From Octopus sinensis (taxonomy: Eukaryota): 64,000 nt of DNA. The stretch lies in assembly GCF_006345805.1 (NCBI RefSeq), contig NC_043011.1:62694464-62758463 (forward strand). Direction: 5' to 3'. Position 1 is the first letter of the stretch, and every line of letters starts with the position of its first letter. Both the position numbers and the translations under genes were made by a program. Below the pieces are notes generated by a model that did no database searches, was not told where the DNA came from, and saw nothing but the letters and a program-made list of their open reading frames with translations. Below are positions 27,410 through 41,988 of the stretch, one piece after another.

Positions 27410-28068
27410 AGGGATTTTCATAGCAAAAAAGCACCTTTTTGATATAAATAATTGTTGGTGTTACCATGGTCCGATTTGAATTTTTTCTTCTACGGAAGGA
27501 AGAGCAATCCTTCTTCCATCATACTCTCAATTTTGGTCAACTTGCGCCGCAAGGTCCCAGAGGAGATAGTGTTAGTTGAAGTCTACCAAACCTGCCATAC
27601 ACATACAACTTCAGCTTTATATATATAGATGATTGGTATTGTTCACAAAGTCCAAACGATTAATACGAAAAAACCCGCCAGGCTACATCCCGAAAATTCA
27701 TTTCTTTGCCGAATTTCTACACTATTTACGGCGATTCGTTTTTATATCTTGATTTTTTATTTTTCATGCAATTTACGCATGCTTGCACGCGTGGTGAAGA
27801 AAGTTCACGCCAAACAGCTGACTGAGTAACGTTCACTATTCAATGCATGGGATAAGGCCTAAACAAACACGTTATTGATATTTGCACTTGCGAGATGAAT
27901 TTCGGAACAGAAATAGCGCAGTTCAATTTTCATTCGCCTAAACTTTAAGTGACACATTTTTGGTGGTTCTACGAGTTGTTGGCTAGGAGATGTGCCGGGA
28001 AGTTAAACACACAGACACACGCACAGATACACACACAGACACACAATTTGAGTTTTATATATATAGAT
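27410..28068 (-). mobile_element. Two non-autonomous Helitron 5' fragments
   Basis: Both end on the plus strand in TTTATATATATAGAT (5' A|TCTATATAT..) at about 27630 and 28068, preceded by CACA-rich subtermini like those in 61922-63460. Confidence 0.55.
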
Positions 28069-28137
28069 ATTATATTTTATTATATTATATTTTATCTCTA
28101 ATTTATTTATATATATATATATATAATATATATATAT

Positions 28138-28189
<52 letters not shown>

Positions 28190-28489
28190 TATATAGATAT
28201 CTTTATATATATATATATAGATATATATGTATGTACATATGTATATGCGTCGGTGTTTGTGTGTGTGTCTATCCCTCACTGCCGCCTGACATTAGGCGTT
28301 GATGCATTTACGCCCTCGTAACTTGGCGGCTGGGCACAAGATCCTAATACAATAAGTTCTTGGGGGAGGAATTTTATCCAGTACTTTAACGGCTCTACTG
28401 GTTTGCTATTTTTCTTCAAAAGTAGTTCTGATTAAAACTATTACATAGTTTGGTTTGTGAAATCTAAAAATAATTTGAGACACGGAAAT

Positions 28490-28680
28490 AATTGCTCGCG
28501 GTAGATGCACCGAATTTTCCGTTCTGAGTTCAAATTCCGCACAAGCTGACTTCGCTTTCAATACCTCTGAAGAAAATAAAGACAAAATAAAGTCGTATAA
28601 TACTGGTGTCTTATAGTTCTGACTTCCATGCAATAGTTTATCGCCATCAGCCATGTTCTACGTTTTGTGCCCTTGTTAAA
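28490..28680 (+). mobile_element. SINE family C, diverged
   Basis: CGTTCTGAGTTCAAATTCCGC..GACTTCGCTTTCA..TTGTGCC. Confidence 0.6.
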
Positions 28681-29747
28681 GCTATTTTCACTTTTATGAA
28701 TTCCTACTCGCCCCTTCTGATGGTTTATTTGTGGATTCTGAGAATTAAGCCAAATGATTTGGGTCGTAAATAGGTGATGATATCGGACAAGTAGATGACC
28801 GGTACTCCCTTACTTCATAGCACCTGTAATGCTGAAATCCAAAGAAATCTTTTCAAAATTTGAACCCAATTCGTAAAATATTACAACTAATTTCTGCAAA
28901 CACTTTGCTATCGTCTATGTTAAGCTACTGCTCCACTAACTACCACCTTGATATGGAGAAATATAGGAAAAAGGCATATTAATGGTATTAATAAACACTA
29001 ATGGTAAAAATATTAAACATTCTAAAACTCAATACAAAGAGTAGCACTGTGATCATACCATTTTAGAACTGGAATTAAACGGTTGAATCACTTCCACAGA
29101 TATTTTGTATTTTATATAAGAAGATATTCACAGGAGCGAAGCCAATTTTTCATATTACTAAATGCTTTAACAAGTTAAAACATTAATGTATGCGTTTGTC
29201 TCAAATATAATGGCAACTAATCAATCTTGCAGAACTATTTAAGCTGAGTGGTTGAGTAAGATGAAATAATTTCCTAACAATAAATATATGAAATAAAAAA
29301 TAAAAAAAAGTTAAAACACAACCACAAAGGGATCAATGACGTCAAAATATTAAGCTATAATTTGGTGTAATTATTTCTATGAGAAGTATTGGCGATGGGA
29401 GTTTGAATAATATTTAATGAAAGTTGCAAAACTGTTTTATCAAATGAGATGTGAACATTTCTACGCAGACGATTTCTGCATCTGCAACAAACAGTAAGAA
29501 TGAAAAGTCGCCCAGAAAGTAAAATAAACATATAAAAATGAAGCGAATCAATGGAACAAAGAAATGTAATGCTTGGAGAAATTCAACGGATTTAATCCAA
29601 TTTGCAGAATGGGTTTATTGAGAAGGTTGCAAAAACATAAATAAAAAGACCAAAAACCAGGAATGCGTGTTTATTTTAGAATTAACTTACATAATGAAAC
29701 AAAGAAATTACTCACCCTCTTCCTGTCTCTCTCTTCCTCTTATATAT

Positions 29748-29825
<78 letters not shown>

Positions 29826-31067
29826 CACACACAGAGGAGGAGAAGGAATACGTTCAAAAGGGAATTGAGGGAGAAATGAGTTGCTGAGTTAATCAGTTAA
29901 AAGCTGGATAATTTGTGTTTTTGTTTGATATACATCAATGGAATAGGTTTTGGCTTTGTGAAAATAAAACTAATTTGAAAGGCAACAAAGCAATCATAGC
30001 GTTATTATAGCGATCGTGTGGCAGGGAAGATTCTAGTGACAGCATTCGATTCAAAAATAGGAAAGGTGAAGATTATGGCTTCAGTCATCCATGTTATATT
30101 CTAAGAAGCACCTACATGTTTTAAGAGCAAAATGTAATTATAAGGCTATATAATTAGCTTCAATTAACTGCTATTAGTACTTGCCTGAATTCGGCTCCGC
30201 AGCAAGAGTTTTGTTAGTGTGTAAATATAATACAATTTAATTTTCAAATAATAATAATGTGAAAGATTTATAGATTAAAGACCGACCCGGCAGGTACCAA
30301 TTACATGTGTTCGTCAATGTATCATTGCGTGCGTCTGTGTGTTTTTATGTGTGTGTGTGTGAGGGAGTGTATTTCAATTCTCAATAATTTGATATCTAGA
30401 AAAGAAAGAGAAAATATAAAAATGCAGCATATATATGTACTAAAAAACAATATTCAATTAACTACAGTGCAACCGGAAGTTCCTTTAACGTCTCGAAATT
30501 GTAGGGAGATGTTAAATTGTAAAACCAGATGATGATGGTTGCAGTCAAGGAAATAATTACAAACATGGTGTAGAGATGGGGAGGAGAGAGGAGAGGAATA
30601 TGGGAATATAAATTTAAAAAATCATTACAACAAAAGAAAACAAAATGTAATCTGTAAAGGACACATAATTACAGAAATTTCAAAAATTTGTAAATTAAAT
30701 TATGTGAGATAAAATGACATCACACTAAATCTGGCTGTGTGGTTAAGAAACATGCTTTGCAACCATACTGCCTTGGGTTCAGTTCCAATGCATGGCATGA
30801 TAAGCAAAAATCATCTCTTATAAGCCCTAGCCGTGATATTCATTCACAATGCCTTCTGAGTGAATTTGGTAACCGGAAACTATATAGAATCCCATTGTAT
30901 CGTTATGTTCATTATAGTAGCAATACGTTTATTATCGTAACTATATGCTTATTACCATATCTATATGTTTATTATCGATATGTATATTATAAACACACAA
31001 ACATACACACACACACATATACACAAACAAATAAACATATACATACATAAATACATGCATACATATA

Positions 31068-32591
31068 CAGGGTGCGTAAGATATTTGAGGACATATTTAT
31101 GTTTATATATGTTTATATAACAGATATATCATAACAGATAATAACCTTATTTATCAAAAAATGCTCTGGGGATAAAAATAAACCTTCGTTTCTATAATTC
31201 AATAAAGACACTTAGCTTTAACAACTGCTCCTATGTTAGATCTTAAATCAACTACATGCTCGAAGCAAGTGGTCCTCCTTTGTTTTGGATATTACGCTGA
31301 CTAGGGCAGCTTTCAAAGAATATTTGGTGTTCTGGGCATGCTCCATATGTAAGAGTCCAATGGATTGAAATCTGGGCAATTCGGAGTCCAAATATTAGGG
31401 GTTATATGATCATGAACATTTTCAGCCATCCATTCCTGTGTTAATAGAGCCATGTGTGATAGTGCAGAGTCTTACTGAAACACATATGGCCTGTCTATCC
31501 AAGGCTTAACAATTACTTCAAGGACCCCAATATAGGCGGCAGAGTTAACTCTAAGGCCTTGTGGAAAAGAGTAAGGAGGTATCATATGTCCTTCATTGCT
31601 GACAGCCCCTAAAACCATGACACTTGCAGGAAATTATGTATGCATAACACTTGGAACCTCTGAGGGGTCTGCTCATAACCATCTGTCATTTCTTCTGTTA
31701 AATTATTCATCTTGATCGAAGTTTTTCTCATTTGAGAAAAAACAAATCAAATCTTCTGCACTTTTCAGTTTGTTTAAGAAACCTTTCGATCTGATGTAGT
31801 GATTTTCTTTTACTTTTCCTGACAAATTGAATTTTCCTCATCAAATATAACTTATATCTGATGTCTTCGTGTTTCTTAAGACTCCGCCGGTTACGACGAC
31901 GAGGGTCCCAGCTGATACGATCAACGGAACAGCTTGCTCGTGAAATTAACGTGCAAATGGCTGAGCATTCCACAGACACGTGTACCCTTAACGTAGTTCT
32001 CGGGGATAATCAGCGTGACACAGAGAGTGACAAGGCTGACCCTTTGAAATACAAGTACAACTCATTTTTGCCAGCTGAGTGGACTGGAGCAACGTGAAAT
32101 AAAGTGTCTTGCTCAAGGACACAACGCGTCGCCGGGAATCGAACTCACAACCTTACGATCATGAGCCGAATGCCCTAACCACTAAGCCACGCGCCCTCAC
32201 ATGTCTTCGTGTACAACATTTCTGGCTGTTCCTTCTGACACATGGAGATCTTTTGCAATTGACCTTATCCAATTTCTGTAATCAAAGGTCTGTTGAACTT
32301 GTTCGATAAATTCAAGTGTTCTGATGATTTCAAAGCGTTTCCAATGCTTTTTATGCTTTGATACTGGGGATACGTTTCTATCTTCAGTCTCTAACTTCGT
32401 AGACGAATGATCTGGCAACGTTTCAAAATCGAGATATTTCTTAATCACTATGCTCAGCCTTTATAACCACAATAAAACCATGGGTCTTCATTTCTTGAGT
32501 AAGCTGAGGGTCTAAACAAAGATTATACAGTAGGTAAAAAATGCAGCAATGCCCCCCAAAATGTATGACCCCAAATAACCTACGCATCCTG
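31068..32591 (-). mobile_element. Full-length decayed Tc1/mariner transposon (maT/DD37D-like) with SINE insertion
   Basis: Imperfect TIRs CAGGGTGCGTAAGATATTTG / CAAATAACCTACGCATCCTG with TA on both sides. Transposase remnants: IRSIAKDLHVSEGTARNVVHED, FFSNEKNFDQD, FPASVMVLG, PYVFQ*DSA, WTPNCPDFNPLD. Confidence 0.88.
31873..32200 (-). mobile_element. SINE family B, full length, with 12-bp TSD
   Basis: ATGTCTTCGTGT at 31861-31872 and 32201-32212. Head has TGGCTTAGTGG (A box) and GTTCGATTCC (B box). Confidence 0.92.
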
Positions 32592-32633
<42 letters not shown>

Positions 32634-32645
32634 CGTGTGTGTGTG

Positions 32646-33090
32646 TGTTGGAAAAAACAATGGAAACAGTAGCATCATAGCATCATAATTATGAAACTGC
32701 TATAAAGACGTCAAAAGCTTGTTTATTTTTTTATATTTTAATTTATTATTAATGTTGCTTAATATGTTTTGCTGTTTCCTTTCAGATATCATCAGAAAAA
32801 TGTAATTAAATTGAAAGATGTATCAGACTTTCAAAGCGGTCAAACTTTTGGTGCTCGTATGGCAGGCGCAAGCGTGATAAAAACAGCCGAAATGTTTGGT
32901 GTATCAAGAAGTTCTGTCTCGAAAGAAATGACAGCCTTTGCGAAAAAGGGAAAAGCCTCCTCCACGAAAAAAAACAAAAAAACACCGTATAGGGACCGTG
33001 AGACTCTAACGCGAATTGTTAGAAAGGATCACAAAAGCACAGCTCCCAAAATACAGTTCCACGTAAAATACCATACGAAAAATTATAAAT
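32646..33090 (+). mobile_element. Tc1-like transposon 5' fragment (paired-HTH region)
   Basis: KDVSDFQSGQTFGARMAGASVIKTAEMFGVSRSSVSK..RDRETLTRIVRKDHKSTAPKI. Confidence 0.8.
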
Positions 33091-34697
33091 AGTGCGGCTG
33101 ATTTGTCTGGTTAAAATGCTCCCATGTAATGCTGCAGTATAGCTGCAGGTCAGTGCGGGAAACTCTTGAGAAATTCTGAAATAAGACATAAAGGATTGAA
33201 GAAAAAAATGTATATATTGGTTTGAAGTAGTTGAACATGGAATTGAAATCGTGAAAAGAATTTACCTAGTAATGTAAATAGCGCAATGCCGTATGACGTT
33301 CAATGGAACGAATTATTATATTGGAATTGATATAGAGAATTAATGGTAATTCAGTGAAAGAAGAATTTTCAGCTACGTGTAAAAAAAATATAATTGAAAG
33401 TTCATAATCTTGCTAATCGATATTGAAATATAATTGAAAAGTATTCAGCCTGCAGTGTTTCTGTTTGATTTGCAAGTTTCAGAGATAATATATGGGGAAG
33501 ACTGCTAATTATTGATTATGATTGTCAAATGGCCTTCGTTATGGATGGGGTATCACTTAGTTCTATTCTCGCCCGAAGTCAGCAATTTCATTTGCATTTA
33601 TATTTTATATTCTGGATTTTGGAAATTTGATGTTTTAATAATTCAATGTATAATAGAAATTGATCGTTAAGACATGGCACACAGAATGCTTTGGTGTATT
33701 TGATTAAAAGTCCCCGTGTTTTGAATCTATGTCGTTTGTCATTTAAGCAGCTATTATTGTAACATATCAATAATCGTGGAGATTGGAGGGTTCCTTGAAT
33801 GTATGTATTAAGGTGGAGTGCAAATAAAAAATTGTATAATTTGAAAATGCCTGAGGCCTAAAATCTTGCCATATGTTATTAGTAGAAAAATGCTAAATTG
33901 TCGCTTAGGTCAGTCAAGGGGATTTACGCCCTCAAATCCCACAAGCTCCGCTATTGTAAAAAAATAGCAAAATAGCCCATGAATCGTTTGTTGATTGTTG
34001 GCAGGAATTGTGAGTTATTTCTTCACGCGGCCAGGGAAATAAATTTCCATTCAGCAACACATCGTGTTGCTCTGTTAAAGAAAAGCACAACTAACAACAC
34101 AATAAAACCTTTCTCTTTGGAAATATTTTCGATGGAGAAATTCTGCCGATAGACAATGTGAGAGGAGTGCTACAGCTGGTCTTCGATTCTGAGATAAACA
34201 CTGATTACCGAAATTTACTTTACTGTCAAAGTTCTTCTCCTACACTCTAAACAAAGACGTGTATGAATATACCAATTCACGTTGCTGAGGATTCAGGCTC
34301 CAGAAAGAACGACCGAGTTTCGACACACATACATGTGTAGCAAGTCTTGGTTGATGTCTCTGGGGTTAAACCGTGCATTCTACCAGGATTTGTGTGAAGA
34401 TTTTGATGTCATTGGTCTCTCTTTATAGCTGTCACCCACGAATCAGTTTTTCCTTTACCCTTGACCTCGAAGTTGCAGGCGCAAGCGTCTCTAGGCCTGA
34501 ATAAGGGGGTCGGAATATTGCATTCTTTGCAGTTTGACAAACGTCACTAGATTTCTCCGTACCCAGCTTTTCCATGATTAAATTATTTTTCGATCTCTAT
34601 CCACTTGGTGAATATTTCAGTATATCAAATTACAAGCAAATAACAACAACACCACCACCAACAACAACAATAATAATAATATAATAATAATAATAAT

Positions 34698-35134
34698 GAA
34701 TGTATGATTCAGTGCGACCATGAGTTAGATTATTTGGAAGCCAGACGTAGATTAATTGCGAAAGAAATCAAACAATTCTGGATCATAGATATTGCATGCC
34801 CAGTTGAATACAAGGTATGCAATAAGGAAGAAAGAAAAGTCGAGAGATATAACAGGTTAGCTTGGGGGGTTAATAAGTTGTAGTCGATGAAAAAGGTGGT
34901 AGTAGTACCAATAATTATTGGCGCCCTGGGAACAGTGAGTAAAAATCTTGAGAAGTACATGGAACAAACAGGGGCGGCAATAAGGGTAGATCGCTTGCAG
35001 AAAACAGCACTGCTTGGATCCGCTCGAATACTCCGGAAGATGCTCGAAAAATAAGAGGTGTTACAGTAGTTCACTGGTAGTGAACAGCTGACACCGTAGT
35101 ACATCTCTGACACCGTTAGAAGCTGTGCAAAGAA

Positions 35135-35135
<1 letters not shown>
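34698..35135 (+). mobile_element. Dong/R4-clade LINE 3' fragment (second family)
   Basis: IIDIACPVEYKVCNKEERKVERYNRLA..VVVVPIIIGALGTVSKNL..LQKTALLGSARILRKMLE*, with (TAA)n on both sides. Confidence 0.85.
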
Positions 35136-35203
<68 letters not shown>

Positions 35204-35212
35204 TCGTATAAC

Positions 35213-35345
35213 ATTCTGCCAGCCACGTTGCCAAATATCCCTGAAAGTTTCATTCGAATCCATTTAGCGGTTCTTGAGATATCTTGTCCGCGGACAAACA
35301 GACACACCTGAAGACAATATCTCCGTCTTCGCTAAGGCGGAGTTA
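35213..35345 (-). mobile_element. Helentron non-autonomous 5' fragment
   Basis: Close reverse-complement match to 4874-4999. Confidence 0.75.
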
Positions 35346-35416
35346 ATAATAATAATAACAATAATAATAATAATAATATTAATAACAACAACAGTAATAA
35401 TAATAATAATAATAAT

Positions 35417-35455
<39 letters not shown>

Positions 35456-36145
35456 TCGTATAACATTCTGAAATGCAACCGTTAACCGCATAACACACAT
35501 TTAGAGTTTACTAATTTTTTTCCAACGAATGTGAGATTCATATTCATTTTAGTTGAAGCAAACCCATAAAGAATAATGTTATACATAGAATAAAAATTCA
35601 ATACGTAACACGTTTAGTATGCTAACTGATCTCTTCTCAGATTACGTATTCAGTAATTTCATTTGAAAAGTTTTAGATGAAACGCTGATCGAATTATCAA
35701 TATTTTTTGTAATCCTCTCATAATTTATTTACCCCTAACAAAGCTCTGCGTACCTTATTTAGCTAAGATGTTTATCAGTATGTTCGATAGGAAAACAAAA
35801 ATCACTCTTCTGCTTCTAGCTGCTTCAATGTTCCTAACATGTTTGACTTCCAATGTTAAAAAGTAGTATCACTCCGAAAGATGTCAAACGAATCATGGTT
35901 GACGAGTGAACTGCAATAATCGAATCTAATTTCATCCATCCATCAATCCATGCAGTCACTCAGATATACATACTTACATACATACATACATACATACGTA
36001 CATACATACATACATACATATACATATAGGAAGATAGATGCATAATATATATATATACATATATATATATATATTATATATATATATACATATGACAGTT
36101 TGCTCACCTGGAAATCTTTATTTTTAAACATAATATATAGTTCCA

Positions 36146-36241
<96 letters not shown>

Positions 36242-36284
36242 AGATAGAGAGAGAGAGATAGTTTCCCCTCTATCAAATACAATC

Positions 36285-36408
36285 ACAAGTCTGTTATCGG
36301 CCCCAACCTATAGTAGAAGACACTTGCCAAAGGTGTTAGTCTGTGAACTGAACCCAGCACCATGTAGTTAGGAAACAAGCTTCTTACCACACAGCTACGC
36401 CTACGCCA
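36285..36408 (-). mobile_element. SINE family A head
   Basis: CTATAGTAGAAGACACTTGCC..CTTACCACACAGC. Confidence 0.7.
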
Positions 36409-37962
36409 ATATATATGAACATATATGCATATATATATATATATATATATATATTCTGGAACTATATATTCTGTTTGAAAATAAAGATTTCCAGGTGAGC
36501 AAACTGTCTGTGACTGGAAGTAAGTAACACTCCTTTTGTACTACAGAATTTAAATGTTTTATTAAACATCAGTTGCGTCACAACAACCTTTTAAACTATC
36601 TTATCAAATTCTCCAAATTCGTTTCGCAAGATACCTTTACATGTATGTATATCCATTGCTACATTGGTATGATATATGTAACGAGAGGAACACGAACTGA
36701 TTCGCAAGCCTCTGGCATTGCTCAATGTCTGGCGGTTTTATGCATCTACACCTCTTACCAATTATCACTGTCTCGTTTCACAATCCCATATAGGTACCTT
36801 TCTGTAGTGTTCGGGATGAAGCTGGCGCATGCTTAATACACTAATTATATGAAAGTTCACATTAAGTCACATTGATTAAGATAATATTGTGTATATTTAT
36901 ATGTAATATATTCCGTAAACTGAACCTTATAACGATATCGCTGTATTAAATATCATGGGAGGAAAGTTTTCCCTAATATACAGTTTACACTGTTTTTCTT
37001 TTTTGTTTTAACATTATCTACAGGGGGATTTAAAAGCCGATTACCACAGTGAAGGATGTTCCACGCGTGAATGTATAGGAACGTGTTAAATATAATTGTA
37101 CACGATCTTACTTGAGACACTCTCTAATATAGTGGTTCGCTTCTTTAGTTCCTTCTTCATTACTTCACTCTTTCCCTGAAATTATTAATGTATAATTTAC
37201 TGACAACATTTTGCTGGTCGTGTAATATAGGAAACATGCCATCTATCCGATCGAAGCAAAGAATCTCGCTGCTTCCGAATCACTTCACGCTTACTTACAA
37301 CAAGGTTCCGCATGACAAGTAAAATGTACTTCCAAAAACGATCAATTACAAAACTATAATTGTGCACATTGAGGCTATTTTCAGATTATCCTCTGCTTTA
37401 TATCTGATAATTCTGACGAAATACGAAATATTGCGTAACCCGGTAGGAAAACGGAATATTGGCGTAACATGTTCTGCAGATTGTATTAGAGATAATGTTT
37501 TTTTCACACCATTTTCTGCTTTATTATCTCTACTTGTCTCATGCATTCCATACACTCTTTCTCTCTCACACTCTGTATACACATACACGCACACATATAT
37601 ATATATATACATACACACACACACACACACACATATATATGTATGTATATATATTTATATTATATATGTATACATGCATATAAGATGCTAGAGACGTAGG
37701 AGATAGACAGAAGTGTGTGTCTCTGAGTGTACTGAAATATGTTTAACACACACACACATGCACATGTACGTGTATATACATATGCACAGATATATATGCA
37801 TATATGATAGGGATACATGCTTACGCGTGAAACTAGTTATATGAATGTATAATGTATATACCTGTGTATATATGCATACAATGTATATATATATATATTA
37901 TATATATATAATATATATATATATACTTGTATATACACACAGAGAGACACATAGATATAAAA

Positions 37963-37998
<36 letters not shown>

Positions 37999-38327
37999 TG
38001 CGTGTGTGTATTTGCGGTTTGGCATGTATGCGTAGAAGAGGCATGACTATTGTCGAGGAATAAAGGTGTGATCTTACCGCAGTGATGGATGTGTGTATGT
38101 ATGCGTGTGCACGTGTGTGAACGTATGTTATTACGTGTGTTCGAGTGTGTCTATCTGTGTGTAGTAACACACTGCTAGTGGGAAGTAGATTTACATGTTC
38201 ACGATGTAAATATATGTACTTTTGTGTGTGCAAAAATATGCCTGTGTCTATAATCACGTCTGTGTGTATGTGTATACGTTTGTAGGTTTGTGAATGCGCG
38301 CGTGTGTGTGAGTGCGTGCGTGCGTGC

Positions 38328-38380
<53 letters not shown>

Positions 38381-38899
38381 TGTGTGTGAGTGTGTTCTCA
38401 GCATTACAGTTGAACGATGGCACAGAGATAGTAAAATAACTCAGATAATGTAATATTATATTTGGAAAGAAGACAAGTGAAAATTTGAAGAGATAAGAAA
38501 TCTCAGCCGTAATAATATGTTTCTCGAAAATTCTAGATAATGTAGTAGATGAACTACGAAGGTGATTTGTAGTGCAATGTGTCAGCTGCCAGAAGAGGAA
38601 TTTTACAGGAAATATTTAAGCAACTTTCTTTCTTCTTATAAAAGGGCACAAATTTAACTTTAAATATGAAAGTAACCAGTAATTACTGACATAATATAAA
38701 ACCTGAAAACAATGCTTATATTCATTTTATGTGCTGGAATTCTTCCTGAATTTGGTATTTGAAGAAGTGGGAACGGAAGCTGTTTACTAATGACCTAACG
38801 TTTAATTGTCGAGTTTTGAACTCTAGGTGTTCAATCCCAACTGTGTTTAGCGCCGGGATATATTTCTCTGAACATTACAGAAGGGTTACAAAAATGACT

Positions 38900-39290
38900 G
38901 GCATCAAGTCACACTCCAGCCTCTGATGTGTTTTCTATGCGTCTGTTTTATCTCTACTATAATGACTCCTGTCCCTCTGAGGTAGATCTTCGGGCATCAC
39001 CTCTATTCGCAGAGCTCAGATTCGCTTAGGTCTCTCTGTCACGTCATTATTATCGTGCTCTAACCCAATTTTCGATACTGCGCAGACCATCATCCCGATT
39101 TCTTTGTTCGCAGAACATCAGCCCCCTCAAATAGTTTTATTACTTGTGTATTATGTCTATATGTTCCCCTACAACTGTTTAATTGCCATAGCAACGATCT
39201 CCGAGGACCTGAAAAGCTCATAGGCATTGACCTTTCCCCGATTCAAGTCCTTTACATTTCTGTTGAAACCTCTATTTTGGTGACGAAACC
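38900..39290 (+). mobile_element. CR1/Jockey-group LINE 3' remnant
   Basis: DVFSMRLFYLYYNDSCPSE resembles the R-x-VASL-x-LFYRYY-x-G-x-CS-x-EL C-terminal motif. Heavily decayed. Confidence 0.45.
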
Positions 39291-40003
39291 TGGTGCTCAG
39301 GAATTTTCAGGTGCAGAAGACGTGAAGAAGAAAAAAATCGACGGAGGCGTTAAACTGCAACAACTCGCAAGAGTTTCAGTAGTGTTTTGATCGGTGAAAA
39401 ACGCGTCTGAATTGATGCATTGCTTGAAATAGAGAATACCTTGACGGCGATAAATTTATAAACACGTAAAACTAAGTGAATATAATAATATTACAAAATT
39501 CTGGTTTCTTTGGGGCACCCTCTCGTAAACCGACTTTTTACTTTTCTTGAAACCGTCAAATTAACATAACATTAACATATATATATTCCGTGATACAGCC
39601 TCCACGTGTATGTACATATATGTGTACACATTTCTAGGCATGTATGTTTGTATGTATATAAAATTACTTATTAGGTAAATTAGAAACAAACATCTTGTTT
39701 CAAGCCCTTCAAACATTTAGGAAACCTTACGCATTCTTGATATCTCTGTGCATTCTGTTTCGCACAGACCACTGTGATGCAACCGTTTGTTTTGCCTTAC
39801 ATTATTCTGCATCAGTTCGGCAAAACTCTTCCCCGTTCTCTCATGTATTTATTATTGTTTCTTCTTACTTTAGTTATGTATTGTTTCAGTTCATTTCTGT
39901 AGGTTCCCTGACAGTTGATCCCAAAGGTTTTCCATATACTTTATTTACTAGTGTCCCAGTATGATAATGTAGAATTCAATTAATATCCCATGACCCTCTC
40001 TTT

Positions 40004-40701
40004 CAGGGTGGAACAGAGAGGACGAATGTCTTTGGAAAATTCACAAAATCATTAATTTTAGTTGCAGACAAATTTGATTGACATCAATGTATTCGAATTG
40101 AATTAGCATTTGTCAAAGTCAAGTGTGGAAAACAACATCCATCATGTGCTGTTCGTTTTCATTGACGTATTTCTGAAAGCGTTCTTGGAAGTTGGCCTCT
40201 ACTCTCAGCAGCTTTGCTCTGTGTATGGTCCCATCGCTTCAACTGTTGCCCACGTGTGGCAATGCAGGACTTCAAGCAAAATACGCTTTAGCGATCGCTT
40301 ACCGTTGCCTAGTTCAGTGGAATGCCTCCGATCAGAGAGATTCGTACTCCGTATCAAAGCGTGTCTGACGCGTTTCATATTTTCCGGGGTCTGCAGCGTT
40401 TGTAGCGCCCCCACTGGTCTCCTGATCATTATTATACCGCGTGTACGAAGTGAATTCACTCAACGTAAGATTGCGTTAAGGGTGGGAACCGCCTCATTTC
40501 GGTGAATGTTGAAGTGGTGCTGAAACCCACCCTGAACTGCAGTGACAGACTCGTTATTCTTCTCATAATTGTCATAGGCAAACCTGCTATGCTCTCTCGC
40601 CCACAGTGCAATAGCTTCACCTGAAAAGAAAAAAAATGCAATAACACCCTGGGCTGAGGAATAATGATTTCAAAAACGTCCGTCCTCTCTGCTCCATCCT
40701 G
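40004..40701 (-). mobile_element. Internally deleted Tc1/mariner element
   Basis: TIRs CAGGGTGGAACAGAGAGGACG / CGTCCTCTCTGCTCCATCCTG. HTH remnants FRHHFNIHRNEAVP and TPENMKRVRHALIRS..SDRRHSTELG. Confidence 0.8.
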
Positions 40702-40711
40702 TATATATATC

Positions 40712-41330
40712 AAGCCTCTTCTTGCTGATATCGTACACAATATAAGTTTTGGGGGAATGGTTTCTCGTTCTCCATTTGTCTTGTTAAAGCTTTCAATTAA
40801 TTCAGTTTCGAAAACACCACAGGCTGAACCTTTAGAAATTTCCAAGATATTTAAAATCATTTGAATCTTCAGCTCCATTCACATATAAAGACAGATTTCT
40901 TCCATCCGTCCGTTCCTTCTTCGTAATTTCCGTTTTAATATAGTTTAGCAATAAACCGACGCCAGTGCTCATTTCATCAACATCATATCTAATACTTTCT
41001 GCTCTCTTTAATTAGCCTGCAATTTCATCTATTATAACATTTCATAAAGTTTTCTGTTGCATCTCCTGACTTCTGCAGCGAGCAATTTATAATATATCTA
41101 CTTCACCGGTTTTCAAATTTGCGAGTCTTCTTTTATCTCTTATCGAATGCATTTTCAAATCTTAGTTGATTAAGTTTAGGTTGATGACCAGAAGATTTTC
41201 GATCTCTAGATTAAGTGTAAACATGATTTCTAGCTCGTCATTTTTGAACATGTTAATACAGCTGTTCATAAGGTTGTCTAGTGAGACATCTTCAAACATT
41301 TCGGAAGTAAATATAACAATTTCTAACAGT
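40712..41330 (-). mobile_element. Possible hAT-type transposase fossil
   Basis: IIDEIAG*LKRAESIRYDVDEMST and LNILEISKGSACGVFETELIESF..KLIL weakly resemble the hAT DE-x-TD region and the segment after it. Confidence 0.3.
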
Positions 41331-41988
41331 ATATTTGTTTGATCTAACCCTAATTTTAATCATGTAAATAAATACACCAGAGGAAGTTTTAAACATAATC
41401 ATACATTAATATCTACGCAAATCACTCAGCCATATTTTAAAAAATAATCTCAACATTAATTTCAATATGAGGATCTTCAAACAACCCACGAAGAATAATT
41501 ATTCTATAAGATAAGCATTTGTTATAATAACGACTTAGATTGTAGAGGACTCAAAGATAGATTTATGTATTTAGAATTGAACCGACAACAACTTCTATTT
41601 GGCCACTTTATGCCTTAATCATTATGTCAAAATTTCCTAAACCCAACTTATAAGATATTCTCCATTAAACACCTCTCCGGAAATTCTTCAGTAATAACTG
41701 CCAAACATTTGTTTCCAACTTGCTCCCATCATGAAATCTAACATGTAAGCCAAGAAATTTGACAGAGATCAATTGCATAAGAAACATTCAACCAATACAT
41801 ATCCATTTCTTCTGTTGCAATATATAATTGGAAACTTTCGAAGCAGAATTCGGTTCTGCGAAACTGAAATACACTATAGAGCATAAACAACCCAGCGGTA
41901 TGGTGCAGTCTAACGTTGTTAGTCACGTATCAACATTCAAAAATAGAGAAGTGAGAAATAAAAGAAATTTATAGAATTAAATGTGATT

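Noticed and set aside
32365-32390. CTGAAGATAGAAACGTA on the minus strand
   Set aside because: No stem II, and it lies within mariner coding sequence; chance match.
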